NCBI GenBank assembly: GCA_037481835.1
Contig: JBBFKW010000006.1
Span: forward strand, 128,001-192,000
From: Desulfosoma sp.
GTDB taxonomy: Bacteria; Desulfobacterota; Syntrophobacteria; Syntrophobacterales; DSM-9756
Length of the DNA: 64,000 bases
Direction: 5' to 3'
How positions within the stretch are numbered: the stretch's first letter is position 1; the number at the start of each line of letters is the position of its first letter. The notes beneath the pieces are model-generated. The model worked only from the letters and a program-made list of their open reading frames with translations. It was not told where the DNA came from and ran no database searches. Shown here one piece after another: positions 1 to 9,634 of this stretch. Made by a program: the position numbers and the translations under genes.

Positions 1-1
1 T

Positions 2-637
2 TCGGTCATCGCGTGGCTCATGGCCCGAGACGAAACCTTCAGCCGGTTTGAAGGTATCCTGCTCGTGGCGGGCCTTGCCCTCTTTATTGCCTGGATGATC
101 GTAACGGCGAAACAAGGCGCCCCTGAAGTCCTCTTGGAGGAAGCATCCCGGGGGGATGGCGCCCCCGGAGAAGCCTCTTTGTCGGCAAAGCCCGTCTTTT
201 CTCTTGTTGCCGGCCTGATCGGCCTCGTCGCCGGGAGTCGCTTGCTCGTGTGGGGCGGGGTCGCTTTGGCCCGAACCATGGGGATCAGCGAGCTGGTCAT
301 CGGGCTCTCCCTGGTGGCCGTCGGCACGAGTCTGCCGGAGCTGGCCACGTCCGTGGCCGGAGCCATAAAGAAACAGGACGACATCGCCGTGGGAAACGTG
401 GTGGGCTCAAACCTTTTCAACACCCTGGCCATCCTCGGCATTCCGTCCCTCATTCGCCCGCTCACGGTTTCCGCCGAAGCCTTCCACCGGGATTTTCCCG
501 TAATGCTTTTGGCCACGCTGATCCTGTGGCCCTTATGCCGATCGTGGAGGGGACGCCAGGGGAGGGTCAACCGCCTGGAAGGCGGCGCCCTGGTTGCGGG
601 CTACCTCGTCTACCTCGGCATCCTTTTGAAGTCCTGA
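2..637 (+). CDS. Ca2+/Na+ (cation:Ca2+) antiporter, YrbG-like; 5' end probably outside window
   Basis: Hydrophobic ORF with alpha-repeat motif GTSLPELATS and GNVVGSNLFN; frame open back to window start. Confidence 0.85.
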   Translation, partial: SVIAWLMARDETFSRFEGILLVAGLALFIAWMIVTAKQGAPEVLLEEASRGDGAPGEASLSAKPVFSLVAGLIGLVAGSRLLVWGGVALARTMGISELVIGLSLVAVGTSLPELATSVAGAIKKQDDIAVGNVVGSNLFNTLAILGIPSLIRPLTVSAEAFHRDFPVMLLATLILWPLCRSWRGRQGRVNRLEGGALVAGYLVYLGILLKS

Positions 638-651
638 GAAAACCGAGCCCT

Positions 652-2196
652 CTATAGAGACTCGCACAGGGCGCGGACCAACCCGGGGATGGTGTATTCG
701 TCGGCGATCACCGCCGGGTGGATCCCAAGGGATCGGGCCGTGTCCGCCGTGATGGGTCCGATACAGGCGACGAGGGTTTTTTGCAAAAGCCGGGGCACAT
801 CCCGATGGGAAAGGGCCTGGACGAAGAACCGCACGGTTGAGGAGGCGGTGAAGGTGACCACGTGGATTTCGCCCCGTTCCAGCATGGTCGCCACTTTTTC
901 CGCCCCTTCGGCCGCAGGGATTGTTTCGTAGGCGGGAACCACATCCACTTCGGCACCCCATCGGCGCAACGTCTGCGGGAGCACGTCCCGGGCCTGGGCG
1001 GCTCGAGGCAGCAGAAACCTGCGGCCCCGCACGGCTTCTTCCCCCAGGGCTTCCAGGAGCGATTCGGCTCTGTATTCTTGGGGCACCACATCCAGGCGAA
1101 GGCCGAACCGTTCCAGAGATTCGGCCGTCTTGGGGCCGATGGCCGCCAGGCGCATTCCGGCCAGAGCCCGCACATCCCGGCCCGCCGCCCACAGTCGGTC
1201 CATGAAAAACCGCACGCCGTTCACACTGGTGAAGATCAGCCAGTCGTATCGGCCGAGGGAGGCCAGGGCGGCGTCCAGGGGCTCCCATGACGCCGGCGGG
1301 GTGACGGCGATGGTGGGGAATTCCACGCACCGGGCGCCCCGTTCTTCCAGGGCCTTTCGGAAGTCGCTGGCCTGTTCCCGGGCCCGGGTGACGAGAACCG
1401 TCTTGCCGAAAAGGGGCTTGGTCTCGAACCAGTTGAGGGATTCCCGGAGGCGCACCACATCGCCGACGACGATCACCGCCGGGGGTTTCAGGCCCGCCTC
1501 CCGCACCTTGTCCACAATATCGGCCAAAGTGCCGGTGACGGTGCGCTGCTCGGGGGTCGTCCCCCACCGGATGACGGCCACCGGGGTTTGAGGGGATCGG
1601 CCGTGTTCCACGAGGCGCGCGGCGATCTCGGGAAGGTTCTTGACACCCATGAAAAACACCAGGGTGCCGATCCCGGAGGAGAGTTTTCCCCAGTCGATCC
1701 CTTCCTTGCCTTGGAAAGGCGCGCCGTCGGCCCTTTCGTGCCCCGTGATGAAGGCCATGCTCGAGGCGTAATCCCGATGCGACAGGGGGATGCCCGCATA
1801 GGCGGGCACGGCCACGGCGGCCGTGACGCCGGGGACGACTTCGAAGTCGATCCCCGCCGCCGCCAGTTCCTGGGCTTCTTCGCCGCCGCGACCGAAAACA
1901 AAAGGGTCGCCGCCTTTGAGCCGCACCACCACCCGATCCCGGGCCTTTTCCACGAGCAGACGGTTGATGGCCTCCTGGGGCATGGTGTGGTCTCCGCCCT
2001 TCTTCCCCACGTAGATGCGTTCCGCGTGGGGGGGCGCGTATTCCAGGAACGCTTCGTTGGCCAAGTAATCGTAGATGACCACATCGGCCAGACCGAGGAC
2101 CTCCCGGCCTTTGAGCGTGAGGAGGCCCGGATCTCCGGGGCCGGCTCCCACGAGGTAGGCTTTTCCTTTTTTCACGGCATCCTCATTCTTCGTCAT
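652..2196 (-). CDS. cobA: Uroporphyrinogen-III C-methyltransferase / uroporphyrinogen-III synthase fusion (CobA-HemD)
   Basis: LVGAGPGDPGLLT and RLKGGDPFVFGRGGEE, followed by HemD domain (VLVTRA, FTSVNGV, FTASSTV, IGPIT); start set at MTKNED; downstream of hemC. Confidence 0.93.
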   Translation of the reverse strand: MTKNEDAVKKGKAYLVGAGPGDPGLLTLKGREVLGLADVVIYDYLANEAFLEYAPPHAERIYVGKKGGDHTMPQEAINRLLVEKARDRVVVRLKGGDPFVFGRGGEEAQELAAAGIDFEVVPGVTAAVAVPAYAGIPLSHRDYASSMAFITGHERADGAPFQGKEGIDWGKLSSGIGTLVFFMGVKNLPEIAARLVEHGRSPQTPVAVIRWGTTPEQRTVTGTLADIVDKVREAGLKPPAVIVVGDVVRLRESLNWFETKPLFGKTVLVTRAREQASDFRKALEERGARCVEFPTIAVTPPASWEPLDAALASLGRYDWLIFTSVNGVRFFMDRLWAAGRDVRALAGMRLAAIGPKTAESLERFGLRLDVVPQEYRAESLLEALGEEAVRGRRFLLPRAAQARDVLPQTLRRWGAEVDVVPAYETIPAAEGAEKVATMLERGEIHVVTFTASSTVRFFVQALSHRDVPRLLQKTLVACIGPITADTARSLGIHPAVIADEYTIPGLVRALCESL

Positions 2197-2243
2197 CGAA
2201 GGGACATGGGTTTGCGGGTAATCTGGAATCTTCGGGCGGCGGC

Positions 2244-3167
2244 TTACGGCATCAAAGCGTCGAGAATGGCGCGGGCTCCCGCATCCAGCAGGCGCCGGGC
2301 CAGGTCCCGGCCGAGCGCCTCCTCGTCCCCCAAAGGAGCCGCCTGGGTCCTGCGATACACGGTGCGGCCGTCCAGGGACGCCACCAATCCCGTCAAGGTC
2401 ACGGTGTCGTCGGAAACCGTGGCGAAACCCGCAATGGGCACCTGGCATCCGCCCTGCAATTCGTCCAAGAAGGCGCGTTCGGCCGTCACCGCCCGCCACG
2501 TGGGTTCGTGGTGTAACGGCGCCGTGAGTTCATGGAGGGCGTCGTCTTCCTTGCGGATTTCGATCCCCAGAGCGCCCTGGCCGATGGCGGGCACAAACCG
2601 TTCGGGGTCCATGAAGGCCGTGACGGCGTCCTGCCAGCCCATGCGCCGGAGCCCCGCCGCCGCCAGGATGACGGCGTCGTAGACGCCTTCCCGCACTTTG
2701 CGAAGGCGGGTGTCCAGGTTGCCTCGAAGGTTTTCCACGCGAAGATCCGGCCGCAGATGGCGGATCTGGGCCGCCCGCCTCAGGCTGCTCGTTCCCACGA
2801 CGGCCCCGCGGGGAAGATCGTCCAAGCCGGACGCTTTGGGGGCGATGAGCACATCGCGGGGGTCTTCCCGAAGAGGAACCACCGCCAGGGTCAGGGGGGC
2901 GGGAAGTTCGGAGGGGACATCCTTCATGCTGTGGACGGCGAGATCCACGCGGCCCTCCATGAGGGCCTCTTCGATTTCCTTGACGAAAAGCCCTTTGCCG
3001 CCCACCTTGGCCAAAGGCACGTCGAGGATCTTGTCGCCCGTGGTTTTGATGATTTCCAGAGTGACCTCGAGGCCGGGCCATTGCCGTTCCAGGGCTTCTT
3101 TGATCATTTCCGCCTGGCGCAATGCGAGTTTGCTCCCGCGGGTGCCGATGACCAGGTGTTCTTTCAA
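2244..3167 (-). CDS. hemC: Hydroxymethylbilane synthase (porphobilinogen deaminase)
   Basis: IGTRGSKLAL, GGKGLFVKEIE, VHSMKDVP, GTSSLRR, RGNLDTRL, GGCQVP; TTG start at 3167 with upstream GGAG. Confidence 0.95.
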   Translation of the reverse strand: MKEHLVIGTRGSKLALRQAEMIKEALERQWPGLEVTLEIIKTTGDKILDVPLAKVGGKGLFVKEIEEALMEGRVDLAVHSMKDVPSELPAPLTLAVVPLREDPRDVLIAPKASGLDDLPRGAVVGTSSLRRAAQIRHLRPDLRVENLRGNLDTRLRKVREGVYDAVILAAAGLRRMGWQDAVTAFMDPERFVPAIGQGALGIEIRKEDDALHELTAPLHHEPTWRAVTAERAFLDELQGGCQVPIAGFATVSDDTVTLTGLVASLDGRTVYRRTQAAPLGDEEALGRDLARRLLDAGARAILDALMP

Positions 3168-3200
3168 GGGTGTCTCCCTGCGCGCGTATCGCCCCCGAGA

Positions 3201-3406
3201 CCCAGGGCGTTGCCGTGAGCTCGTATCCTTCGCCCCTCCGGGGCGATGCACGGTTTCACAATCTTTCGCCCCTGCGGGGCAATCCTCCGTGTCGGAATTG
3301 TTTACCCCCGGGGGGCGGGGCACGGTCCCGGAATTCTTTTACCCTGCGGGGCGATCCGGTGCCCGAAGGGGCACGGCATGTCAACCCGGGGCGCAGCCCC
3401 GGGTTG
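3201..3406. repeat. REP-like cluster: four 36-bp-period palindromic units bracketed by stem-loops
   Basis: CGCCCCTnCGGGGC-like hairpins start at 3231, 3267, 3303 and 3339; CCCAGGGCGTTGCC at 3201 and CAACCCGGGGCGCAGCCCCGGGTTG at 3382-3406. Confidence 0.65.
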
Positions 3407-3604
3407 GCGGGGTCCCAATTTCTTTCGCACGTTCTCCTACCCGCCGCGTTCCCACCGTGCACCGTGTCAACCCGTTACCTCGGCACCTAGCCGCCGTGCC
3501 CATGTCAACTCCCCATCCGGCCACGGTGCCACCCCGCTACCGTGCCCCGTTGGCCTTGGTGCCGGGGTGCCGCACGCGCCCGTTCGCGGGGGGCGCCTGG
3601 GGCC

Positions 3605-3841
3605 CTAGTGGCACGTGGCGCAGCTTCCCCCCGAACACCCGGAGCAGGAAGACGCACCGGCGGATCCCATGCGGCTGCTGGCCGCTCCCTTGTCCCCGCC
3701 GCTTTTGAACCCGAAGACGGACATTTCCCGCCGTGCGTCGCTGGAGCCGCACTTGGGGCACTGCACCGCCTCATCGCTTCGAAAAACCAGGCACTCGTAG
3801 CGTTCGCCGCAGCCTCCACATCGGTATTCATAGATCGGCAT
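3605..3841 (-). CDS. FmdB-family zinc-ribbon protein
   Basis: MPIYEYRCGGCG...CPKCGS, with C-terminal CSGCSGGSCATCH. Confidence 0.88.
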   Translation of the reverse strand: MPIYEYRCGGCGERYECLVFRSDEAVQCPKCGSSDARREMSVFGFKSGGDKGAASSRMGSAGASSCSGCSGGSCATCH

Positions 3842-3891
3842 GATGTTCACCTCTTTCCCGTGATCGTTCGCACCTTTGGTGCGTTTCCATC

Positions 3892-4269
3892 TTAAGTCGC
3901 CGCCACGACCCGAACAAGATCCCCGTCTTTGACCCCCTTAAAATGAGTAGGGTCTCCGCAGACCTTTCCCACGATATTGACGGCGCTGGCCGGACGGATT
4001 TCCCCCGGGGCGCTGATGGGCGTCGGGCCGAAAAAGATGCAGAAAGCCTTCCCCTTGGGCCAATAGCCCAGATCCCCCGCACTGACCAGTTCTTTGGCCC
4101 GATCGTCCAAAGGCATATTTACGGGAATGGAAAAATAGATTTCATCCCCCCACGTGTTCGCCTCCGCTTCAAGGGGAAGAACCTCGGCGATCTTTTGCGC
4201 CGTCGGGCTGTCGTTCAGCATGGCGTCCATGACGATCCCCGGCGCTTCGATGCGGATACGTGTCGGCAT
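3892..4269 (-). CDS. Cyclophilin-like fold protein (DUF369-like)
   Basis: WGDEIYF, GDLGYWP, FCIFFGPTP motifs; AGGAGG RBS before MPTRIR. Confidence 0.8.
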   Translation of the reverse strand: MPTRIRIEAPGIVMDAMLNDSPTAQKIAEVLPLEAEANTWGDEIYFSIPVNMPLDDRAKELVSAGDLGYWPKGKAFCIFFGPTPISAPGEIRPASAVNIVGKVCGDPTHFKGVKDGDLVRVVAAT

Positions 4270-5236
4270 GGCACCCTCCTTCATGGAGCCGTTCCTTGAC
4301 GGCCGCACAAAACAGCGGAAAAAGCATTTCATGATGCCCCACGAAAGAAAAACCTCGTCCCCCGCGGGCGGTGGGGCGTTCGACCACATTGACCTGGGGC
4401 CTGTAATGGCGCATGAAGTCCATATTGATCGTGGTGAGGCCGCTCAGGTCATGACCCAGATTGGCACAGACGCTCACGGCCTTGAGGAACACCTCGGGAA
4501 GGATCACCGCGGAGCCCAGGTTGATGTACACGCCGCCGGCCAAGCGGGACACCAGGGCGCAAAGGATCCGAAAATCCCGGTGACTCAACGCCCCCGTCGC
4601 CGCCCCATCCATAGACGGGTGCATGTGGATGATGTCGGTCCCGATGGCCACATGGACGGTCACAGGCCGGTCCAAGGCCGCGGCGGCGGCCAGGATGCTG
4701 TGCGCCGCATAGGGCGGGCAGGTTTCCCGCAGGGCGTCCCCGACGGCCCGGCCCAGCCCCACCTCCCCTCGGGCCGCACCGCGCGCCACCGCCCCATGGA
4801 TGAATTCCGCGGTCTCCCGCGCCATGCCGAACCGGCCGGCGTGAAGCTCGGCGGCCACATCTTCCGACGTCCTTCCCACGAGGGCCATTTCCACGTCATG
4901 GACGACGCCGGCCCCGTTCATGGCCACCCCCTGGAACAGGCCCGATCGCAACCCGTCAATGATGAGGGGGCTCAGGCCCACCTTGATGGGATGCGCTCCC
5001 ATCCCCAGGAGCACCGTTCGGCCGGCGCAGACGGCCTCGGCCGTCCTCGCCACGGCGTCCCGGAACTGAACCCCGGCAAGCTGCATGGGAAGCGATCGGA
5101 GAAATTCCCCGAAGGTGCCGCCGGCCTTCCAGGGCGATGCCATGTCTTCCAGGCAGACTTTGCCCGGCCGATCGTAAAGGCTCAGGGTGCGCAGGTGTTC
5201 CAGGGACAAAGGGTCCATAGCGGATGTCAGCAGCAC
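4169..5236 (-). CDS. Conserved hypothetical protein, resembling deoxyhypusine-synthase-like fold
   Basis: GAHPIKVGL, NGAGVVHD, GSAVILPEVFLKA, GHHE motifs; lies in operon after gmhA; 3' end overlaps next gene by about 100 bp. Confidence 0.65.
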   Translation of the reverse strand: MLLTSAMDPLSLEHLRTLSLYDRPGKVCLEDMASPWKAGGTFGEFLRSLPMQLAGVQFRDAVARTAEAVCAGRTVLLGMGAHPIKVGLSPLIIDGLRSGLFQGVAMNGAGVVHDVEMALVGRTSEDVAAELHAGRFGMARETAEFIHGAVARGAARGEVGLGRAVGDALRETCPPYAAHSILAAAAALDRPVTVHVAIGTDIIHMHPSMDGAATGALSHRDFRILCALVSRLAGGVYINLGSAVILPEVFLKAVSVCANLGHDLSGLTTINMDFMRHYRPQVNVVERPTARGGRGFSFVGHHEMLFPLFCAAVKERLHEGGCHADTYPHRSAGDRHGRHAERQPDGAKDRRGSSP

Positions 5237-5859
5237 ACCGTCGGGGTGGGGTCTTGCGGCGGCCGGGCGCCCCCGAAGAGCATCTCTTCCACCAGTTCAC
5301 AGATCACATGACCCACGGCGATGTGCACTTCCTGCACCCGCGCGGTCACCGCATCGGGCACATGGAGGATGAGATCGCAATAGACGTCCATGTCGGTCTG
5401 CCGAAGGCCCGCCAGGCCCAGGGTGTGCAAGCCGTGTTCCCGGGCCCACCGAAGGGCCCTCAGGACGTTTTCCGATCGACCGCTGGTGCTCAGCCCCACG
5501 GCCACATCGCCCGCTTCACCGAGGCCCCGAAGCTGGCGCACGAACACGTCCCGGAAATCGTAATCGTTGGCGATGCTCGTGAGCACCGAAGTGTCCGTCG
5601 TGAGGGCCACGGCCGGCAAAGGAACGCGCTCCTTTTGGAAACGGTTGATGAATTCGGCGGCCAGATGCTGGCAGTCGGCCGCACTGCCGCCGTTTCCAAA
5701 GAGGTAGAGGCGCCTTCGAGCCCGGAAGGCTTCGGCCACAACCCGAGCCATTCGGACGATGGTTTCGGCGTCTCGCACTTTCACCGCATTGAAAGCCCGG
5801 GAAGCCGCATCGAAGGCCTCATGCACCCTTCGGGTCCACACGTTTTCTTCCGCACTCAT
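5227..5859 (-). CDS. gmhA: D-sedoheptulose-7-phosphate isomerase
   Basis: GNGGSAADCQHLAAE, ANDY, STSGRSENV, VQEVH motifs. Confidence 0.93.
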   Translation of the reverse strand: MSAEENVWTRRVHEAFDAASRAFNAVKVRDAETIVRMARVVAEAFRARRRLYLFGNGGSAADCQHLAAEFINRFQKERVPLPAVALTTDTSVLTSIANDYDFRDVFVRQLRGLGEAGDVAVGLSTSGRSENVLRALRWAREHGLHTLGLAGLRQTDMDVYCDLILHVPDAVTARVQEVHIAVGHVICELVEEMLFGGARPPQDPTPTVCC

Positions 5860-6896
5860 CGCCCCGCCTCCCCGCCCGACGAGGCGTCGTCCCCGCCGGC
5901 CGGCTCATCGTCGTCGGTCCACACGGGTGTGCGCACCCCGAAGCCCGATCGGGCGTCTTCCAGCATGAGGGATCGGAACCGGCGGAAACACGGCCCGGGC
6001 AGCCCGTCCCCGATAAGCTTTCCGTCGTAACGGACCACGGCAAGGACCGGGTACGTGGTCCCGAAGATCATCATTTCAGCCGCGCTGTAGGCGTCTTCCG
6101 GCCGAAGGTCGGCTTCGGCCACGTCCGTGAGTTCTCCGGTCGTGACCAAAGGCCGGGCCAATTCCAGCATCCGGGTCACCGTCGTCCCTTGCAGGATGCG
6201 GTCGAACCGCGGCACGAGAAAACGGCCCTCCCGGGTGACGATCCCCACGTTTTCCGTGGCCCCTTCACCCAGGAAGCCGTCGTCGTCGATGGAGACGGTA
6301 AAATCAACGCCGGCATCCCGGGCTTCCTTGGTCATGAGGACGTTCGGGAGATAGTTGCAGCTCTTGACGTTGGCAAAATAGGATTTTTTTATGGGAATGC
6401 GGCTGCTTTTGAGCGTGACGCCTCGCGCCAGTTTGTCTTCGGGGACAGGCTTTAGGCGGGTGACCATGATATAGAGCTGGCTTGCCGGGCATTCGTACGG
6501 GTCGGTGCTGAATCCTCCCGGACCTCGCGACATGTAGATTCGAACCAGGCAATCCCGGGATCCCGACGCGCGCACGGTTTCCTTCACAAGGCCGATGAGC
6601 CGTCGCCGGTCCACGGGCCATGACAGCTGGGCGATGTCCGCCGAGCGGCTCAGACGATCCAAATGCCGATCGAGCAGATAGAGGTGTCCGTCCACGCACT
6701 GCAAGGCTTCGAAGACCCCGTCCCCGCGGTGGACCAAATGGTCGTCCAAGGGAATGAGCATGGCCCTAGGATCCGTGCAGATCCCCCCGTACCAGGACGA
6801 GTACATGGCCAGGTATTCGGCGTGATACGGTTCTTTTTTCTGGAGCAATCGATCCACGACGGCGTCGAAACTCAACACGGGAACCCCTCGACCCAT
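5856..6896 (-). CDS. PLP-dependent aminotransferase class IV (branched-chain/D-amino acid type)
   Basis: HRGDGVFE, HLDRL, KSCNYLPN, EGATENV, ILQGTT; start set at MGRGVP. Confidence 0.88.
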   Translation of the reverse strand: MGRGVPVLSFDAVVDRLLQKKEPYHAEYLAMYSSWYGGICTDPRAMLIPLDDHLVHRGDGVFEALQCVDGHLYLLDRHLDRLSRSADIAQLSWPVDRRRLIGLVKETVRASGSRDCLVRIYMSRGPGGFSTDPYECPASQLYIMVTRLKPVPEDKLARGVTLKSSRIPIKKSYFANVKSCNYLPNVLMTKEARDAGVDFTVSIDDDGFLGEGATENVGIVTREGRFLVPRFDRILQGTTVTRMLELARPLVTTGELTDVAEADLRPEDAYSAAEMMIFGTTYPVLAVVRYDGKLIGDGLPGPCFRRFRSLMLEDARSGFGVRTPVWTDDDEPAGGDDASSGGEAGR

Positions 6897-7075
6897 GCCC
6901 GAACCCTCCAAACCCTCTTTACGCCAAGCGCTGTCTTCTTCAAAAGCGCTTAACAATAGACAAGGCGCCTCGGATGTGCAAGGCTTTGTGCGATTCCCGA
7001 AGGGAACGGCTTCGAGTGTGGGCGTCAATCCATGAGCGTGAACCGGGCGGAAACTTCCGCACCTCTGCAGCATTC

Positions 7076-7756
7076 ATGATCATCCAAACCATCCTTTTCG
7101 ATTTCGACGGGACGCTGGCCGAATTGCGGATTGACTTTTCCGACATGAAGAGGCGGATTGCCGCCGTCGCGGCGGGATTTTTTGGGCGCGTGCCCGAGCC
7201 GTCGTCCCTTCCGGCTTTGGAATGGATCGACGCTCTGGCTCGTGAACTGAGCGGCACCGCGGACGGACGGGCTCGGGCGTTCCGATCCGAAGCCATGGCG
7301 AGCGTCCAAGCGCTGGAAATGGAGGCCGCCTCAAAGGGTAGCTTGTTTCCCTTCACGCGCCGGGTTCTGGAGGAACTGCGCGGACGGGGTGTGAAAATCG
7401 CCGTTGTCACGCGAAACTGCGAAGAAGCGGTCCGCGCGGTCTTTCCTGACATGGACGGATACGGTTTCAAGCTTTTTTCGCGAGACCAGGTGGCTCGGGT
7501 GAAACCCGACCCGGAACACCTCCGCACGGCCCTGCACGCTTTGAACGCCGGTTGCCGGGAAAGCCTCATGGTCGGGGATCATCCCTTGGACATCGAAACG
7601 GGAAAGCGCCTTGGAGTGAGAACGGCGGGTGTGGCCAGCGGCCGTGTTCCCTTGGAGGAACTGAAAGCCCACCGGCCCGATTGGACCGCCCAAGACTGCG
7701 CGGCGCTCCTGCGCCTCCTCGATGCGCAAAACCTCCTTCCCCCACGAAGGCTTTGA
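7076..7756 (+). CDS. HAD-superfamily hydrolase (phosphoglycolate phosphatase-like)
   Basis: ILFDFDGTL, VVTRN, KPDP, MVGDHPLD. Confidence 0.88.
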   Translation: MIIQTILFDFDGTLAELRIDFSDMKRRIAAVAAGFFGRVPEPSSLPALEWIDALARELSGTADGRARAFRSEAMASVQALEMEAASKGSLFPFTRRVLEELRGRGVKIAVVTRNCEEAVRAVFPDMDGYGFKLFSRDQVARVKPDPEHLRTALHALNAGCRESLMVGDHPLDIETGKRLGVRTAGVASGRVPLEELKAHRPDWTAQDCAALLRLLDAQNLLPPRRL

Positions 7757-7761
7757 CCGCG

Positions 7762-8622
7762 ATGCTTCAGCAGAAAGAAACGCTTTACATCCCCAAGATG
7801 TTCGTCGTCTTGAAAGGCTGGGCCGACGCCGGGGGCATGGCTCAGGCTGTTTTCGCGAGGATTCGGGAAAGACTCCCCTGCCGGCGTATCGCCCGGATGG
7901 ATATGGACGTCTCCGTCCACGGGGCGGAGCATCGCCCGCAGGTCGTGGTGCACCACGGGGTGCTCAAGGATTTCCGGTGGCCGGCCCTGGAATTTTACCT
8001 CCCGGAAGACCCGGCCCACCAAGACGTGGTCTTCGCCGTGGGCTGGGAACCGGCTTCCCATTGGCGGTCCTTTCTTTCGGACTTCGTGTCTCTCCTGGAA
8101 TCGTGGCGTTGCCGGCACCTCCTCCTCCTGGGAAGCCTCTACGACCAGATTTTTTACGACGAAATCCGCATCTCAGGGGTGGCCGTCGATGCCGCGGGCT
8201 ACAATCTGCTGCGCCGCTGGGGATGCCAGTTCGCCGAATACGCAGGACCGGGAGCCATCCATTCGGCGATCCTCAACGAAGTGCGCGGAAAACCCCTCAC
8301 GGCCGTGAACCTCTGGGCCCATGTGCCCTTCTACCTCAAGGACGCCCATGAACTCCTGGTCCATCGCGTCATGGAAATCGTCGGGGATTTCGCGGGCCTG
8401 TCCTGGAACCTGGACGATCTCCTGGCGGAATGGAAAGAACGGGAACGGGAAATCGAACAGATCCTTTCCCAGGACCCGTCGCTCAGGGAACAAATCCGAG
8501 CCCTCAAAAAGGAAGGAGCCCCCCCGGCGCCGAAGGACTCCAAACCCGCCCGCGGAGAAGTCATCGACCTCAGAAGGTTTCAGAAGAAAGCCAAAAATGA
8601 GGAGGCGGACGATCCGGCCTGA
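7762..8622 (+). CDS. PAC2-family (proteasome assembly chaperone-like) protein
   Basis: GWADAG, EP..HW, YAGP.AI, LWAHVPFY motifs. Confidence 0.75.
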   Translation: MLQQKETLYIPKMFVVLKGWADAGGMAQAVFARIRERLPCRRIARMDMDVSVHGAEHRPQVVVHHGVLKDFRWPALEFYLPEDPAHQDVVFAVGWEPASHWRSFLSDFVSLLESWRCRHLLLLGSLYDQIFYDEIRISGVAVDAAGYNLLRRWGCQFAEYAGPGAIHSAILNEVRGKPLTAVNLWAHVPFYLKDAHELLVHRVMEIVGDFAGLSWNLDDLLAEWKEREREIEQILSQDPSLREQIRALKKEGAPPAPKDSKPARGEVIDLRRFQKKAKNEEADDPA

Positions 8623-8818
8623 TCCCGCCGCCGAAAAGTGTTGATAATCCCGTGGGCTTGGGGGGCGAAGGGAATCCCAAGAACAAAAAATGGAATAGGC
8701 CCCCCGAAGAGGATCGCCCCATGGGCCGACCTTTCATGGGCGATGGGTCCGGAGGCCGCCGGGGCTGCGCGTCCGTAAGCCGGCAGTTCCGGAATCCGCT
8801 GGTTCCGGGGGCCAAGGG

Positions 8819-9634
8819 TTATGGGGCGAAGGACCAGCCGGCCAGGCGATACAGCGCGTGGAAATGGTGGACCGGCCCGTGGCCCCGCCCCAACGGCAAG
8901 GCTTCCCGGATGGCCCCGGTGATGTATTCCTTGGCCCGGGCGACGGCCTCGGGCACATCCAGGCCCTTGGCCAAACCGGCGGCGATGGCGGAGGCGAACG
9001 TGCACCCGGTGCCGTGGGTGTGGGGGGTGTGGAATCGTTCCGTGGGGAAACGCACGACGCGCTCCCCGTCGTCCATAAGATCCATGGGGTCCCCTTCCAG
9101 GTGCCCTCCTTTGAGGACGACGTACCCAGGGCCAAAGCTCTTAATCTTTCGAGCGGCTTTTTCCATGTCCTCGGGGTTTTTCACGGGAAAGCCCACGAGA
9201 ACTTCCGCTTCATGCAAATTGGGGGTCACCACCAAAGCCAAAGGCAGGAGTTCTTCCACCAGGGCGGATACGGCATCCGAGCGCAGCAAGGGATCGCCGC
9301 TCTTGGCCACCATGACGGGATCCACCACCAGGGTCCTCAGGCCCAACTCCCGCACATCTTGAGCCACACGCCGGATGATGGCCGAGGTCGCCAGCATCCC
9401 CGTCTTGACGGCGTCCACCCCGATGTCTTCCACCACGGCGCGGATTTGCGCGGAAACGAATTCCGGGTCCACTTCCAGCACGGCCCGCACCCCCACGGTG
9501 TTCTGCGCGGTCAAAGCCGTCAGCGCGCTCATGCCGAAAACGCCCAAAGCGGAAAAGGTCTTAAGATCGGCTTGAATGCCGGCCCCTCCACCGGAATCGG
9601 AGCCGGCGATGGTCAAGGCCCGAGGGATTTTCAT
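8819..9634 (-). CDS. thiD: Hydroxymethylpyrimidine/phosphomethylpyrimidine kinase
   Basis: TIAGSDSGGGAGIQADLKT, VVDPVM, TPNLHEA, HTHGTGCT. Confidence 0.95.
   Translation of the reverse strand: MKIPRALTIAGSDSGGGAGIQADLKTFSALGVFGMSALTALTAQNTVGVRAVLEVDPEFVSAQIRAVVEDIGVDAVKTGMLATSAIIRRVAQDVRELGLRTLVVDPVMVAKSGDPLLRSDAVSALVEELLPLALVVTPNLHEAEVLVGFPVKNPEDMEKAARKIKSFGPGYVVLKGGHLEGDPMDLMDDGERVVRFPTERFHTPHTHGTGCTFASAIAAGLAKGLDVPEAVARAKEYITGAIREALPLGRGHGPVHHFHALYRLAGWSFAP

Noticed and set aside
3231..3375. Possible mini-CRISPR array
   Set aside because: 36-bp period is too short, linkers resemble each other, repeats are degenerate and no cas genes are present
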